Shown here one piece after another: positions 42,832-55,446 of a stretch of DNA of 64,000 nucleotides; positions within the stretch are counted from its first letter, which is position 1, and each line of letters starts with the position of its first letter. The stretch is from Macrostomum hystrix (Eukaryota > Animalia > Platyhelminthes). The notes beneath the pieces were generated by a model. That model was not told the origin of the DNA. It made no database searches and saw nothing but the letters and a program-made list of their open reading frames with translations. Where the stretch lies: NCBI GenBank assembly GCA_950097015.1, contig CATNEN010000011.1, positions 4,526,001 through 4,590,000 on the forward strand, in the 5' to 3' direction. The position numbers and the translations under genes were made by a program.

Positions 42832-45800
42832 TCACTGCAGCGAGCCAACCACAATGCCCTCAGCGAAGCGAATTCTGCTGCTGCTGCGGCGAGCCTGTCC
42901 TTGCTGCTCCATCAGGTGCACACCGCTAGCCGCAGTGCAGTCATTTGATTCGTTCACAATTGGCTGAGCTGAGAACATCTGTACTGACAGCTGCTGCTGC
43001 ATCTCAAGCTGCTCATGCTCATCCAGGCCCTGCTCATTCTCGACCTCTTGATCAGCAATAATTGGCGTCTCCTTGACTATGCACAGAGGCTTCACCAGAT
43101 TGTCGCAGCCATTATCAGCAGTCTGGTGAGATTGATTGACGCAAAAGGAGTCGAGTGCATCTTGGCTAACGTCCTCGTCTTGTTCAGCCTCCATTTGGAA
43201 CGAGATAAACAAAGACTTGATCGTGTCGCTCGACTTCGTGTAGGTGGCCGCTGTCTGCTGATCATCTGGGGCCGGAGCTAACGAGTCGTCAGTGAAGTTG
43301 CCGACTTCCTTCTCGGAAGATTTGGACAGTTCCACGGGCACTGATGCGGAAATGGCACGCCTGACTAGTCTGCTTTCGACAACTATAGATGCTGTCGCTT
43401 CGCTGTGGGTCTCGGCCTCGCTAACAGCTTCGGCAACGGACTTAACAAGCTCCACCTCTGAGGCCGGCGCGACCGACTTTTCAAGGCTTTGAATTTCGGA
43501 GGCAGCTGCGTCGCCAGATTCTGACTCGTTCTCGCTAGTCGCGGCAGCCGATGACACTGAATCCAAGGACGAAGACGATGTTGCAGCTGACGACGAAGCG
43601 TTCAAGGAAGATACTGACGAGAATTCGGCGAGTTTGTCTTCCGAAGTTGCTCCGACTAACTGGCCAACAGAAGTGCACTCCATGTTGGCTTGCCTGGTGG
43701 AGCTAATCGCGCCCGCCAGTCTCTGTGGCACGTCAGCGAAGACCCAGAGTCCTGGGACGCCAGAAGTTATGGTGCTGTTCGTGCTCATCGTGCTCAAATT
43801 ATAATCGTTCAAAACCACTCCACAATGCAACTCTTCGATAACGTCTGTAGTGGCTTCAGTGTTCGTGGAGTCGTTCAGATACGGGTGACTCATCTGCTCC
43901 GCCTGATGAGCGCTGAAGGTGTTCAGTTTAAGCACTTCTTCGCAAATTTGCACCTGGCCAGGTGAGGAGGCTTTAAAACCGCCCGAATCCTCCTGGCTGT
44001 GCCGCGGTTGTGGACTGTTGTTCGAGTCTGTCTGCTTGTCTGTTAGACAGGCAATCAAGTTGCTTTGTTCATCCTCATCGATTTCATCGCGGAAATCTTT
44101 CGGCGGTTTCGGTGTGGCCTCAGAAATTTCTGAAATTATTTCGCCAAACTCGCAAGCCCCCGGATGCACAACTTCAGCCACTTCGACAATGTCTAGGATT
44201 CGGCCACCCATGGAGCTGGCGTAGCTCACCATCAGGTTGGCATCCTCTTCCTCTTGGTTTTTGGCCCTTTCAGACTCTTCAGTCTCCTCAGGCTTCATAA
44301 CAACTTCCACATCCAGACCCAGCTTCGGCGATTCTGCCGGAACATTCGAGGACTGCTCTTGTTTTTTCTGGCTATCTTTAAAATCTCGTTCCATGCTCGA
44401 TTCTACGTCCGAGTTCTCTTGGCGAGCCGTCTTCACTTCGGATACAATCTTGGCTTCCAGTATCATTTCCACGTCCGGCATAATCATCACCATGGGTTCC
44501 AGCTTCATGCTTTCTTCCACTCTGAGTTCCGGCTTCGTCTGTACCTCGGGTGTCATCTCAAGCTTGGAATCAAGGCTTTCTTCCGCGTTCGGCAGTTCCG
44601 GCTCCATTTTTGTTGAAATTTTATTCTGCTTGCCTCCTGTTTCCTCTGGCTCCGCCTCTGCTTGGGAATCTGGCGGCATTAAGAATGCGTCGGCTACTTG
44701 TACTTTTAGTTCGGTCACCAGTACGTCTTCCAGGATGCGCCGCGCAACGCAGTCCATCATCACCATCATGACCGCCGCTCCGCTGACTAGCACGGACTCT
44801 TCGTTCTTGATGTTTGCCACCTGAGCGTCCGGTGCAGCCGTTGACGCTTCAATCACCTCAATACAGTCGGTCTTGGCTTCGGCTCCCGCCGACATGCGAT
44901 CGCCAGGTTGACAGAAACCGCCGCCACCGTCGCCGTCAGTGCCGCCAGCACTTGAAGTGGACTTGCCAACATGACTATAGCGTCTTGGCAGAACCTGCGG
45001 CAGCTCGATCGGGGGCTTCGGGGGCAGTCCATCCATTGCGACTGCATTTGCCGCCTGCGTTTGAGCTGAGAAACTCTGGCTGGCTTCCGGTCTGCCCAAG
45101 GTTGAGACGTACGGCGGCTTTGACATGAGCTCCTTGAGTCGCCTCGTAGGCAACAGCGGCGGCAGATTTTTGGGCAGCGAATGCGCAGTCTCCACCAACT
45201 TGACATGGCTTCGACGCGGCGGTAGCGGCGGAGCTGGCGTGGGCAGCAGCGTAGTCGACGGTGAGATTGTATTCGATGACGAAGTGATGGCTTGCGAAGG
45301 AAGCACTCGTCCTTCAAAGCGGTTTTGATTGATAGCTTATTAGGTTTTACTAGTTAGAGCTCTGAAAAATGAAACCCTGTGTAATCGAGGTCAGTAAGGT
45401 CACATAAATTCTAGCCCTTGCAAAATTTTTATCAACGACAACTATCGTAGTGTGTAAACTGCCTGAAGGTGAGAAATTCAGTGCAGATGTACACCAAAGG
45501 TGTGTGTGTGCGTGTGTGTATCCGGGTGCAAACACCTGTTCTTGATCTTAAATCGCATGGACTTCAATGTCTTTGGATCCAATATATTAATATCTGTGCT
45601 TCGTGAATCTCAGCTGCTCTCTCACCCTCGTTTGAAGCAACAGCGTCGCCCTCAGCTCCGAGATGTTTTCGTCTCATTGACGGGAATCGCTTAAAGAATG
45701 ACAGCTTAGAGTTTTGCGACCTCTTCTTTTCCTTGTCCTTGTCCTTTGCCTCCAGCGCCACGTCATCATCGTCAGTTTTCGTCGTTCGATTGTCTCGTCC

Positions 45801-46457
45801 TCGCTTTCGAAGACGCCACATACTTTGTCCGGTGACGCCGGAACAGCCGAAGTTTTCCTCGTCATCCGCCAGATGCTCAATAGCTTCTTTGGGCTTGATC
45901 GCTGCAGCCACCGCTGCTGCTACTGCAGCTGTTTCTTCCGCTTCTACTGTTGCTTCCGTTGCAGTGTCTGCACCAAAAGTCGCTTCCACCGTTGCCGCGG
46001 AAACAGCCTCCTCGGCCGACTCTACTCGGCGCTGATACCTGCTGCTTGAGTCCTCCTGCTCCGACGCCGCCTCCGCCGGGTCGGTGCTCTGAACTGGGCA
46101 CCCACGATTTTCAGCGCGGCTGCGACGAATCGAGCCGCTAAGTCGGGACAATGATCGGCGCAGCGACTGCAGACGCTTTGGCGCTCTGTTGGCAGACTTC
46201 GAGTCCGTTGTGGCCGTTGTGGCCGTTGTGGCCGCCTCCTGCACCGATGCAGAGTCCGGGTTCTGGATGATAAAAAAAATTGAAACTAGTTACACACCTC
46301 ATTGTACATACTGCCTAAAAATCTTTTAAATTTACCTATTTACTTATTTAGTCACCTTTTTCAGTGTCGACGACTCCGTTTCGACATCCTGATGTACTTC
46401 GTCAACTCTGGATTTTCGACCGCGATTTCCTCGGAATAGTCTAAGCAGTGACGACAT
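42832..46457 (-). CDS. Uncharacterised low-complexity acidic, probably disordered protein (~1072 aa); exons 46457-46356, 46262-45626, 45311-42832
   Basis: 2.48-kb open last exon; donors GTGACT (46355) and GTGAGA (45625); acceptors atccag and ttgaag; exon sum 3219 nt in frame; no recognisable globular domain. Confidence 0.72.
45445..45535 (+). mobile_element. SINE family 1 fragment (intronic)
   Basis: ctgcctgaaggtgagaaattcagtgcagatgtacac. Confidence 0.55.
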
Positions 46458-47534
46458 AATCGTGACTTTTTTAGTTTATTGCTTAATAATTATTGAGTTA
46501 TTCAGTTTCAAAGTCTAGCTGGTGAATCTAGAGCTCATGGGTTGATTGCCAATAATATTTTATAATTATGAAGTTACTTTCACAAACTGATTTCTATACT
46601 TTTCGGCCGGTCTGTCTCTGTTTGGCTTCAGGATTTTGAGTAAACTTTGGCCATAGACTATTTCTCGATTGGTTTGGGAAGCTATTGCAGCGTGTTACAA
46701 TTTGATCGCAAATTAAATGATACCAACGCTCGCACTGCTTAATTCTAGTAGAGAATCATGCTTGATATTTGACTGCAGACCAATACGTTGTTAATGATTT
46801 TAAAGACGGTTGCTTTTGTTCAAACGAAGTGAAATAGCACTTGAAAAAAGCCCACAGACGTCTAATCAATTAGAGTTTTTTCTACTTAGACTTTTTTCTC
46901 TCGGAAAATAAATTGTTTTTATTTGTCTCATTTTTTTCTGATTTTAAAATTCACATTTTTGGTGACGTGATATCACTATAAAATCTCCATTAATGCTGAA
47001 AAATCACTTGGCTTTGTTTCAATTTTAGAGTATCCTGGCTGATTGTTTTTCACAAATTTTACTTTAAATTAAAGTAGGAATTAAGCAGGTCTTCTTTCCT
47101 GGAGTTATTAATTATCGTAATCATTTCAATTAGCACCAGCAAGCCATTTTGCCGCCCGTTTTTATACCAAGGGGGAATTCCCGCTGACAATTATTTTTGC
47201 TGCTACTAAACGGAGCAGCGCAAGCATGGCAAGATGGACTGCTGGACCTTCAAGGGCTAAAACAGGTGGAACTAGGCCACTATGGACATTGACACGAATT
47301 TCTCCAATTTCACAGATCAAACCTAAATATTAGGCGCAGCTCAACCACAGGACACCATCGCCTAGTCTGTCAACCAATTTGTCACCACCCAACGCTGTTA
47401 GCATTCGGGCGATGCAAAAAAAATTCTGGGGGTGGGAGAAATCCTCCATTTGATATAAAAATGGGCGGCAAAATTTTTTTTATACTATTTTCAGTATATC
47501 TGTTCTCAAAGCAGGTGAGTCCTGTATTAAATCA

Positions 47535-47620
47535 CAGTCACAGTGCCTTGGGGCCGTTGGCCCTCTTGAGGCATAATTGTGGCCTCGCCGCGGAATCGAG
47601 CTCCAGGAACCAATGGTGTC
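47535..47620 (-). mobile_element. SINE family 1 fragment
   Basis: tgtggcctcgccgcggaatcga matches the head of the other copies. Confidence 0.55.
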
Positions 47621-48140
47621 TATTCAATTGCTTTCACGACAGCAATTTGTTGTCTTCGAAATTGGGTCGTTTAACACCTAGAATTGAGTCAGTTTAATTG
47701 CGCCACAATTAGTGAATTTTACTCAACCAAAAGTTTATTAGTTGCTACTTTATTTTCAAGGTTATTAATAGTCATCCTTATGAATCAATTACGCACGTTA
47801 ATGCATGTGTGAGCAAATTTTCAGGTCATCTCAGAACTCAAATTTGCTTGTTTAGTTCCTTTTCTCAATTTTTCATCATTAATTTCATTTTAAAGATGAG
47901 CTTTATATGCTACAATAGATTTTGTATCAATAATTTTGCCTTTCCGCTTGAAGCCCTGGCGTTTAGTGGGCTAAAAATTATAAAATCACGAATAACTGAA
48001 TCAGCATCAGTTTTAAAATTGTGAACAAAAAATATTTTTACGTAAATTGTTGACATTTTTTATAATTAACAATTGTTTTGTCCTTTTTTAATCTACTTTA
48101 ATCTACTTGAGAATTCACCTGACCCACCTTGTGAAATTAT

Positions 48141-48695
48141 AGTCTAAGAGGGGTCAGCTGACCCCCATCTGAAATCAAAGTCTAAGAGGGGTCAGCTGAC
48201 CCCCATCTGAAATCGAAGTCTAAGAGGGGTCAGCTGACCCCCATCTGAAATCAAAGTCTAAGAGGGGTCAGCTGACCCCCATCTGAAATCAAAGTCTAAG
48301 AGAGGTCAGCTGACCCCCATCTGAAATCAAAGTCTAAGAGAGGTCAGCTGACCCCCATCTGAAATCAAAGTCTAAGAGAGGTCAGCTGACCCCCATCTGA
48401 AATCAAAGTCTAAGAGGGGTCAGCTGACCCCCCTCTGAAATCAAAGTCGAAGAGAGGTCAGCTGACCCCCATCTGAAATCAAAGTCTAAGAGAGGTCAGC
48501 TGACCCCCATCTGAAATCAAAGTCTAAGAGAGGTCAGCTGACCCCCATCTGAAATCAAAGTCTAAGAGAGGTCAGCTGACCCCCATCTGAAATCAAAGTC
48601 TAAGAGGGGTCAGCTGACCCCCATCTGAAATCAAAGTCTAAGAGAGGTCAGCTGACTCCCATCTGAAATCAAAGTCTAAGAGGGGTCAGCTGACC
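48141..48695. repeat. 38-bp minisatellite with palindrome GGGGTCAGCTGACCCC, ~14-15 copies
   Basis: AGTCT recurs at 48141, 48179 and onward. Confidence 0.95.
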
Positions 48696-49499
48696 ACTTG
48701 TCCAAAATCAGAGACAAGCACGCACCCTTCAACTATAATTCAGTCCTCATAATTCCTTGGCTCAGAACAATGGCACAACATTCCTAAAGCTGTCACACTC
48801 AGAAATGAAACTCAAAAATGAGATTTTATTGTTATCCTATTATTAGTTCTAGCGTTACACAATCAATGTTTGACAATAATTGTGCGACAGGGGTTAGAGA
48901 TAGACCTATAGCTTGTATAGGATGAGACATGGTATAACAAAAGCTTTATTGGAAATGGACAATGCTAACAGCAAAATTCCACTCATAAATCTTCTCCATT
49001 GGACTTAGCACCTTCTAAGACCATTATTATAGTCCCCGAACCACTATTGTTTGTCACGGTATTTTCGATCGGCCTCTAATTGAACCATATTTGATTATAG
49101 CGATTCTCGATCACTTCCCGTTAATTCCCTTCAATTGGTCTACAAAGCGTTCGCACATTGGTGTCAACCCAAATCCAATTGACACCTTGGGGCCGCCACC
49201 TGCTCTTGGTGCATATTCATTCAGTGCGGTACCTAAAATATACTATGGAAAAATGGAGACATTATATGAGCGTGAAATGTAACTTAAAGGATATTATACC
49301 AACAATTGTAAAATTATATATCTATTTTTACACAGGCGACTTGTGCTAATATTAAAGTCTTGATTTTTTTACTTTGTTTGTTGGATTTTACTTCTGAATC
49401 TTAACATTTTTCGATTTGAGTATTTTGTCAAAGATCTAAAGACCTTAGTTTTGGGATTTGAGGTCTTTAGTTTGGGGATCTGAAGGAATTAAGGACAAA

Positions 49500-50462
49500 G
49501 GATCTTAGGGTTTTTAGTGTAGGGATCTGAGGGTTTTTAGTTTAGGGATATGAGGTTTGTTAGTTTAGGGATCTAAGGTTTTTAGTTTAGGGATCTGAGG
49601 GTTCTTAGTTTAGGGATATGAGGGTTTTTAGTTTAAGAATCTGAGGGTTTTTAGTTTAGGGATCTGAGGGTTTATAGTTTAGGGACCTGAGGGTTTTTAG
49701 TTTAGGGATCTGAGGGTTTTCAGTTTAGGGATATGAGGTTTGTTAGTTTAGGGATCTGAGGGTTTTTAGTTTAGGGACCTGAGTGTTTTTAGTTTAGGGA
49801 TCTGAGGGTTTATAGTTTAGGGACCTGAGGGTTTTTAGTTTAGGGACCTGAAGGTTCTTAGTTTAGGGATCTGAGGGTTTTCAGTTTAGGGATATGAGGT
49901 TTGTTAGTTTAGGGATCTGAGGGTTCTTAGTTTAGGGATATGAGGGTTTTTAGTTTAAGAATCTGAGGGTTTTTAGTTTAGGGATCTGAGGGTTTATAGT
50001 TTAGGGACCTGAGGGTTTTTAGTTTAGGGATCTGAGGGTTTTTAGTTTAGGGATCTAAGGTTTTTAGTTTAGGGATCTGAGGGTTCTTAGTTTAGGGATA
50101 TGAGGGTTTTTATTTTAAGAATCTGAGGGTTTTTAGTTTAGGGATCTGAGGGTTTATAGTTTAGGGACCTGAGGGTTTTTAGTTTAGGGATCTGAGGGTT
50201 TTCAGTTTAGGGATATGAGGTTTGTTAGTTTAGGGATCTGAGGGTTTTTAGTTTAGGGATATGAGGTTTGTTAGTTTAGGGATCTGAGGGTTTTTAGTTT
50301 AGGGACCTGAGTGTTTTTAGTTTAGGGATCTGAGGGTTTATAGTTTAGGGACCTGAGGGTTTTTAGTTTAGGGACCTGAAGGTTCTTAGTTTAGGGATCT
50401 GAGGGTTTTCAGTTTAGGGATATGAGGTTTGTTAGTTTAGGGATCTGAGGGTTTTTAGTTTA
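49500..50462. repeat. 23-bp telomere-like minisatellite GAGGGTTTTTAGTTTAGGGATCT, ~42 copies
   Basis: 23-bp period; contains TTTAGGG. Confidence 0.95.
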
Positions 50463-50519
50463 GGAAAATCAAATTAATAATCGTACACTAAACTTTATCA
50501 CATCAATCTCATATTAACT

Positions 50520-51235
50520 TCTCATGAATCTCACATAAATCTCACATGAATCTCGCATGAATCTCACATGAATCTCACACGAATCTCACATGAATCTCAC
50601 ATGAATCTCACATGAATCTCACATGAATCTCACACGAATCTCACATGAATCTCACATGAATCTCACATGAATCTCACATGAATCTCACATGAATCTCACA
50701 TGAATCTCACATGAATCTCACATGAATCTCACATGAATCTCACATGAATCTCACATGAATCTCACATGAATCTCACATGAATCTCACATGAATCTCACAT
50801 GAATCTCACATGAATCTCACATGAATCTCACATGAATCTCGCATGAATCTCACATGAATCTCGCATGAATCTCACATGAATCTCACATGAATCTCACATG
50901 AATCTCGCATGAATCTCGCATGAATCTCACATGAATCTCACATTAATCTCGCATGAATCTCGCATGAATCTCACATAAATCTCACATGAATATCACATGA
51001 ATCTCACATGAATCTCACATGAATCTCACATAAATCTCACATGAATCTCGCATGAATCTCGCATGAATCTCACATGAATCTCGCATGAATCTCGCATGAA
51101 TCTCGCATGAATCTCACATAAATCTCACATGAATCTCACATGAATCTCACATGAATCTCACATGAATCTCACATGAATCTCCCATGAATCTCACATGAAT
51201 CTCACATGAATCTCACATGAATCTCGCATGAATCT
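50520..51235. repeat. 10-bp repeat ATGAATCTC[A/G]C, ~70 copies
   Basis: Visible tandem units. Confidence 0.97.
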
Positions 51236-51867
51236 AGCTTGCCTCTCAAGCTCCAACTTCATTATACTATTGTTTATTTCAGAAGTCAATATTTTATGAA
51301 CGATTTAAATTTAAGGGCCTGACTTTTAAATTCTTAAAATACAAAACGGAAAGCAGTTTACCTATTGCAACACTGACACCATATCAATAAGCGCAGCTCG
51401 GTGAAAACCTGGTCTTGCTTCTAAAAGACACGTTAACACAAGTTCATACCCAATGCAACTCGTGGTTGCGAAAAATGTTTGAGAAAAGATCCACATTACA
51501 GGCCCATAAAAAGCTGTAAATGGTTTGGAAAGTTTGACAAAAATTATCATATTTTTTGGACAATTCAGCCTAACTTTTGCGCTTGTAAAACAAACTTGAT
51601 TTTCTAATTTATAAATGGTTACTTATGCTTGTATGGTGCACGCTTATATTAGTGTAAGCAACAGTGAGCATGAGGCATATGGGATAACTAGATAAATACC
51701 AGCATAACATTTCATAGAACTTCACCCAAGCTAGATCACCTAACCCACATGATCCCACTCCGCGTGTCTTTGTCTGGACCAGGGAGTTCGGAAACCTGCA
51801 TGTTTTGCCTCTGGGCCAAAGAGACCATGGAAATTTTGACAGCGGAATGAATTAACAACGAAAAGTT

Positions 51868-52185
51868 GAGACAGCGGAGAGTTGAGACAGGGAAGAGATG
51901 AGACAGGGGAGAGATGAGACAGCGGAGAGATGAGACAGCGGAGAGATGAGACAGGGGAGAGATGAGACAGGGGAGAGATGAGACAGGGGAGAGATGAGAC
52001 AGCGGAGAGATGAGACAGGGGAGAGATGAGACAGGGGAGAGATGAGACTGGGGAGAGATGAGACTGGGGAGAGATGAGACAGGGGAGAGATGAGACAGGG
52101 GAGAGATGAGACAGCGGAGAGATGAGACAACGGAGAGATGAGACAGGGGAGAGATGAGACAGGGAGATATGAGACAGGGAAGAGA
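51868..52185. repeat. 16-bp minisatellite GAGAGATGAGACAG[G/C]G
   Basis: Visible tandem units; reverse complement resembles the repeat inside the MITE at 26854. Confidence 0.93.
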
Positions 52186-53084
52186 TAGCACATTTAAAAG
52201 AACAGTGATAGATATTATTCGTAACATAATAATTAGCGAGAAAAAATTTAAAAGACAGGCTGTAGCCGAACTTCCATGGTAAATTTTGGGAGAATGGGAA
52301 GCGCTCTGAAGGGAATAAAACAGCGGGGGGATCTAGAACACCTTGCACAGTCTCAACACACACAGGATTTGCGCGGTTGCATGGCACAGCCAGGACAGAC
52401 TTGTCAAATCGATCAGTTTCGCTTAAATTTTGATTAAAACCAGATCCATTGTCTATAGGGTAGGCAGTGTTGTGACCGTCCAACCTCATCAGACAGGAAA
52501 GCCAATTTCATTGATCCCAAGACACCCACATGTTTATTTATCTCTCTCTCTACAGAAATAAAATTAAAGGTGATAAATCTTAAAGTCAATTTGAAAAGCA
52601 AAACAAACAACTAATAGGTCTTATGTGTTACATGGCCTTCATGAGCACATGTGTTGTCCAACAATGAGATCTGATACAGTTCGAGCAATATTTTAACAAA
52701 AACTGGCCGGTGAATTTATCTACTCAGAAGTCCAATTGATACCAAAAGCAACAAAATGTCAAGGCATAGTTGTTATTGTTGCCTTATTACAGTCTTCCGC
52801 GGTAAAGCAATAACTGCTTTAACAAAACAGATGTCTTCTTGAAGTCTTCTCGTTAGCTTAGCAACAGAAAAGTGAACTATAGGCAACTTGCCGCCTGTCA
52901 GTAATTCAAATGATATGAAAAAAAACAGGAAATTATGGAGCCAGGTGTTAATAAGAACCAAAAACCACAAAAGCAAGACTATAGTATAGGGATTGGACAT
53001 ATAGCTCTAAACAGCTCAACACCAACACCACATTTTCAGAATTTGGCAGACTGAAATTTAGAGGTGGGAGTCAGTAGGGGAGGC

Positions 53085-53290
53085 ACCAAGGTTCCTGAGC
53101 TCGATTCCGCGCCCTTGAAGGCCAACCTCCAAGGCACAGTGAGAGTGTACACTGCCTGACAACGAGAAAGTCAGGGCAGATGTACACACCTGTGTGTGCG
53201 TGTGTGCTCAGGAGTCAGCGAAATGGGGCAGAATTGCCTCCTCGCTGGCTGCGGGTCTAGTGCCACTGCCCGCAGCCCTCCTGCAATAGT
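53085..53290 (+). mobile_element. SINE family 1, internally deleted copy
   Basis: gcaccaaggttcctgagctcgattccgc joined to cccttgaaggccaacctccaaggcacagtgagagtgtacactgcctgac. Confidence 0.8.
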
Positions 53291-54504
53291 TGTTTTTTTA
53301 AACTAAGTAGTGTCGATATTTAATCTTTCTATTCGTTAAGCTACATTTTATTCCTATCGGAAAATCAGTAAAGAAACACGCTTACGCTAAAATGTAGGAA
53401 AATTTTACTGTTCTCTAAACAAGAAAGATTGAAATAAAACAGATTGTTTTTCTCAAACAAGTACATCCATGCCTGCATGGTGGTGACATGTTTGGGATAA
53501 GTGTCCGGTAATTTCAAGGAAGCCTATTTTGACATTCTCCCCTCTCCCTATTTCATATCCCCATGCAGAGACGATTCAATTTTGTATATATGGTGAAAAA
53601 AATAGTTTATAGGCTAATTGGTTCCGAACAGGATGTCAGACAATTATTCTCCCGATTCCTCAAAAATAGAAAAAAAATGAGGCAAACAAAGCTAAAGATC
53701 CCATACCATACCATAAATGAAGTTGCCCACTAATATATCCTAAAAATGGAAATTTGCATAACAATCGGGTAACCGGTTTTCACACAATTTCGGAAATTGG
53801 CCGCAGTTTATAGCTTGTGCAGGACTGAGGGGGGGCACTCGTTTATATTTATAGCAAAAAGAGACGAGCCAAATTTTGAAATAACTTTTATAAAAGGCAA
53901 GCGAGACTTTTTTGTCGGACAGAATCGGGCGACACGTGACCAGTTTGAGCAAGTTTAAGATTTGAGGTCTCGAAGAATTGATTCTTTCACGGTTAATCGG
54001 TCTTGATTTCCGTCTGTTCAGTTCTGCTTCTATTCTAGATTTGCATTGAATGAGTTGTGTGCTCAACTTATTATGCCGCATTCCGCTCGACTAAGTAGGG
54101 TCAATTTCAATCTGTCATTTCCTTGAGATTGAGTTTGTCCCAGCAGTTCCAACGAATATTACTAGGCATCAAAGTTCCTAGCGATCCTATAGGACTGATC
54201 CCAATCCCATTATACTCGTACACCATAGATATTTGGCAATGCAATATCAACTTGTTACGAAACCCGTGTTAGTCAGTTGCATACTGTTGTGTGGGACAAG
54301 AATCGATTTACCGTAATCATAATTGAAATCCGCCGTTTTCAGTGTAAAAATCACAATCCGTGACATGTCAATTGTCAATCAAATAATTGAATTATTGTAT
54401 AACTGTTTGGAATAAATATGCTGAAGATTAATCCTTTGTTTATTTATGGTCATATAGAAACACGAATTTTATGCTCTCGTCTCATTATAAACTATCATTT
54501 TCTT

Positions 54505-54852
54505 AATCCCTAAACCAAAAACCTTCAGATCCCTAAACCAAAATCTTCAGATCCCAAAACCAAAACCTTCAGATCCCTAAACCAGAAACCTTCAGATCCC
54601 TAAACCAAAAACCTTCAGATCCCTAAACCAGAAACCTTCAGATCCCTAAACCAAAAACCTTCAGATCCCTAAACCAGAAACCTTCAGATCCCTAAACCAG
54701 AAATCTTCAGATCCCTAAACCAAAAACCTTCAGATCCCTAAACCAGAAACCTTCAGATCCCTAAACCAGAAACCTTCAGATCCCGAACCCAAAAACCTTC
54801 AGATCCCTAAACCAGAAACCTTCAGATCCCTAAACCAGAAACCTTCAGATCA
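54505..54852. repeat. 23-bp minisatellite CCCTAAACCA[A/G]AAACCTTCAGAT, ~15 copies (inverse of the 49.5-kb family)
   Basis: Reverse complement differs from the 49.5-kb unit at about 2 of 23 positions. Confidence 0.93.
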
Positions 54853-55149
54853 TTGAACTAAGGCCAGCTGATTAATGTGAAATTAGTATAAGATTCATGA
54901 GAGATAAAAACAAGATTCTTGGGATTAAAATTCGATTGGGGAATTGGGTTTAAAACTAGTTTAATAACGCGACAACGGGCACAGTAGTATGATGCAATCC
55001 GTATTTTTGAGGAAAATATTTACCAGTTCCTCATTCTAGTTTGTCCGTTCTGGTTTGATATCTTGTGGTTAACAATTTTAATTAGATTCTAGTTGCGAAT
55101 GTTTTTGTTCGATACGAATAACAGAAAAAGCAAGAATTTCCCACCGGCT

Positions 55150-55270
55150 GTGCCTCATTGGTTGCCGACTCCAGACCCCAGCCCAGCCAATAGCAAGAAT
55201 TCAATAGAGCTAATTCAATGTCTGGCAGTATGCCCCGGCTAACTCAAGGGTGGGGTTGGGGCGGGGAGGG
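55150..55270 (+). promoter_or_regulatory. Probable proximal promoter of the Iroquois gene
   Basis: ATTGG (55157), CCAAT (55187) and GC box GGGGCGGGG (~55258) 180-290 bp upstream of the ATG; motif evidence only. Confidence 0.4.
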
Positions 55271-55446
55271 TGGGGTTGGTGTCGGGTGGCACCCGCCAGA
55301 CAGCAAGGCGCCATGATTAAAATACTCGCTTCATTCTGTAAAACCAAGGGAAGAAGAGGCCTTCACAGTCAGCACAATTTATTAAATAGTCATAATTTGC
55401 CGGATTATTAAAACAGTCAAAAAACTATATTTAGAAACTTTATTAA

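Noticed and set aside
49500-50462. True telomere or telomere fusion site
   Set aside because: Units are 23 bp with only one TTAGGG-like word; no pure (TTAGGG)n tract; genes lie on both sides.
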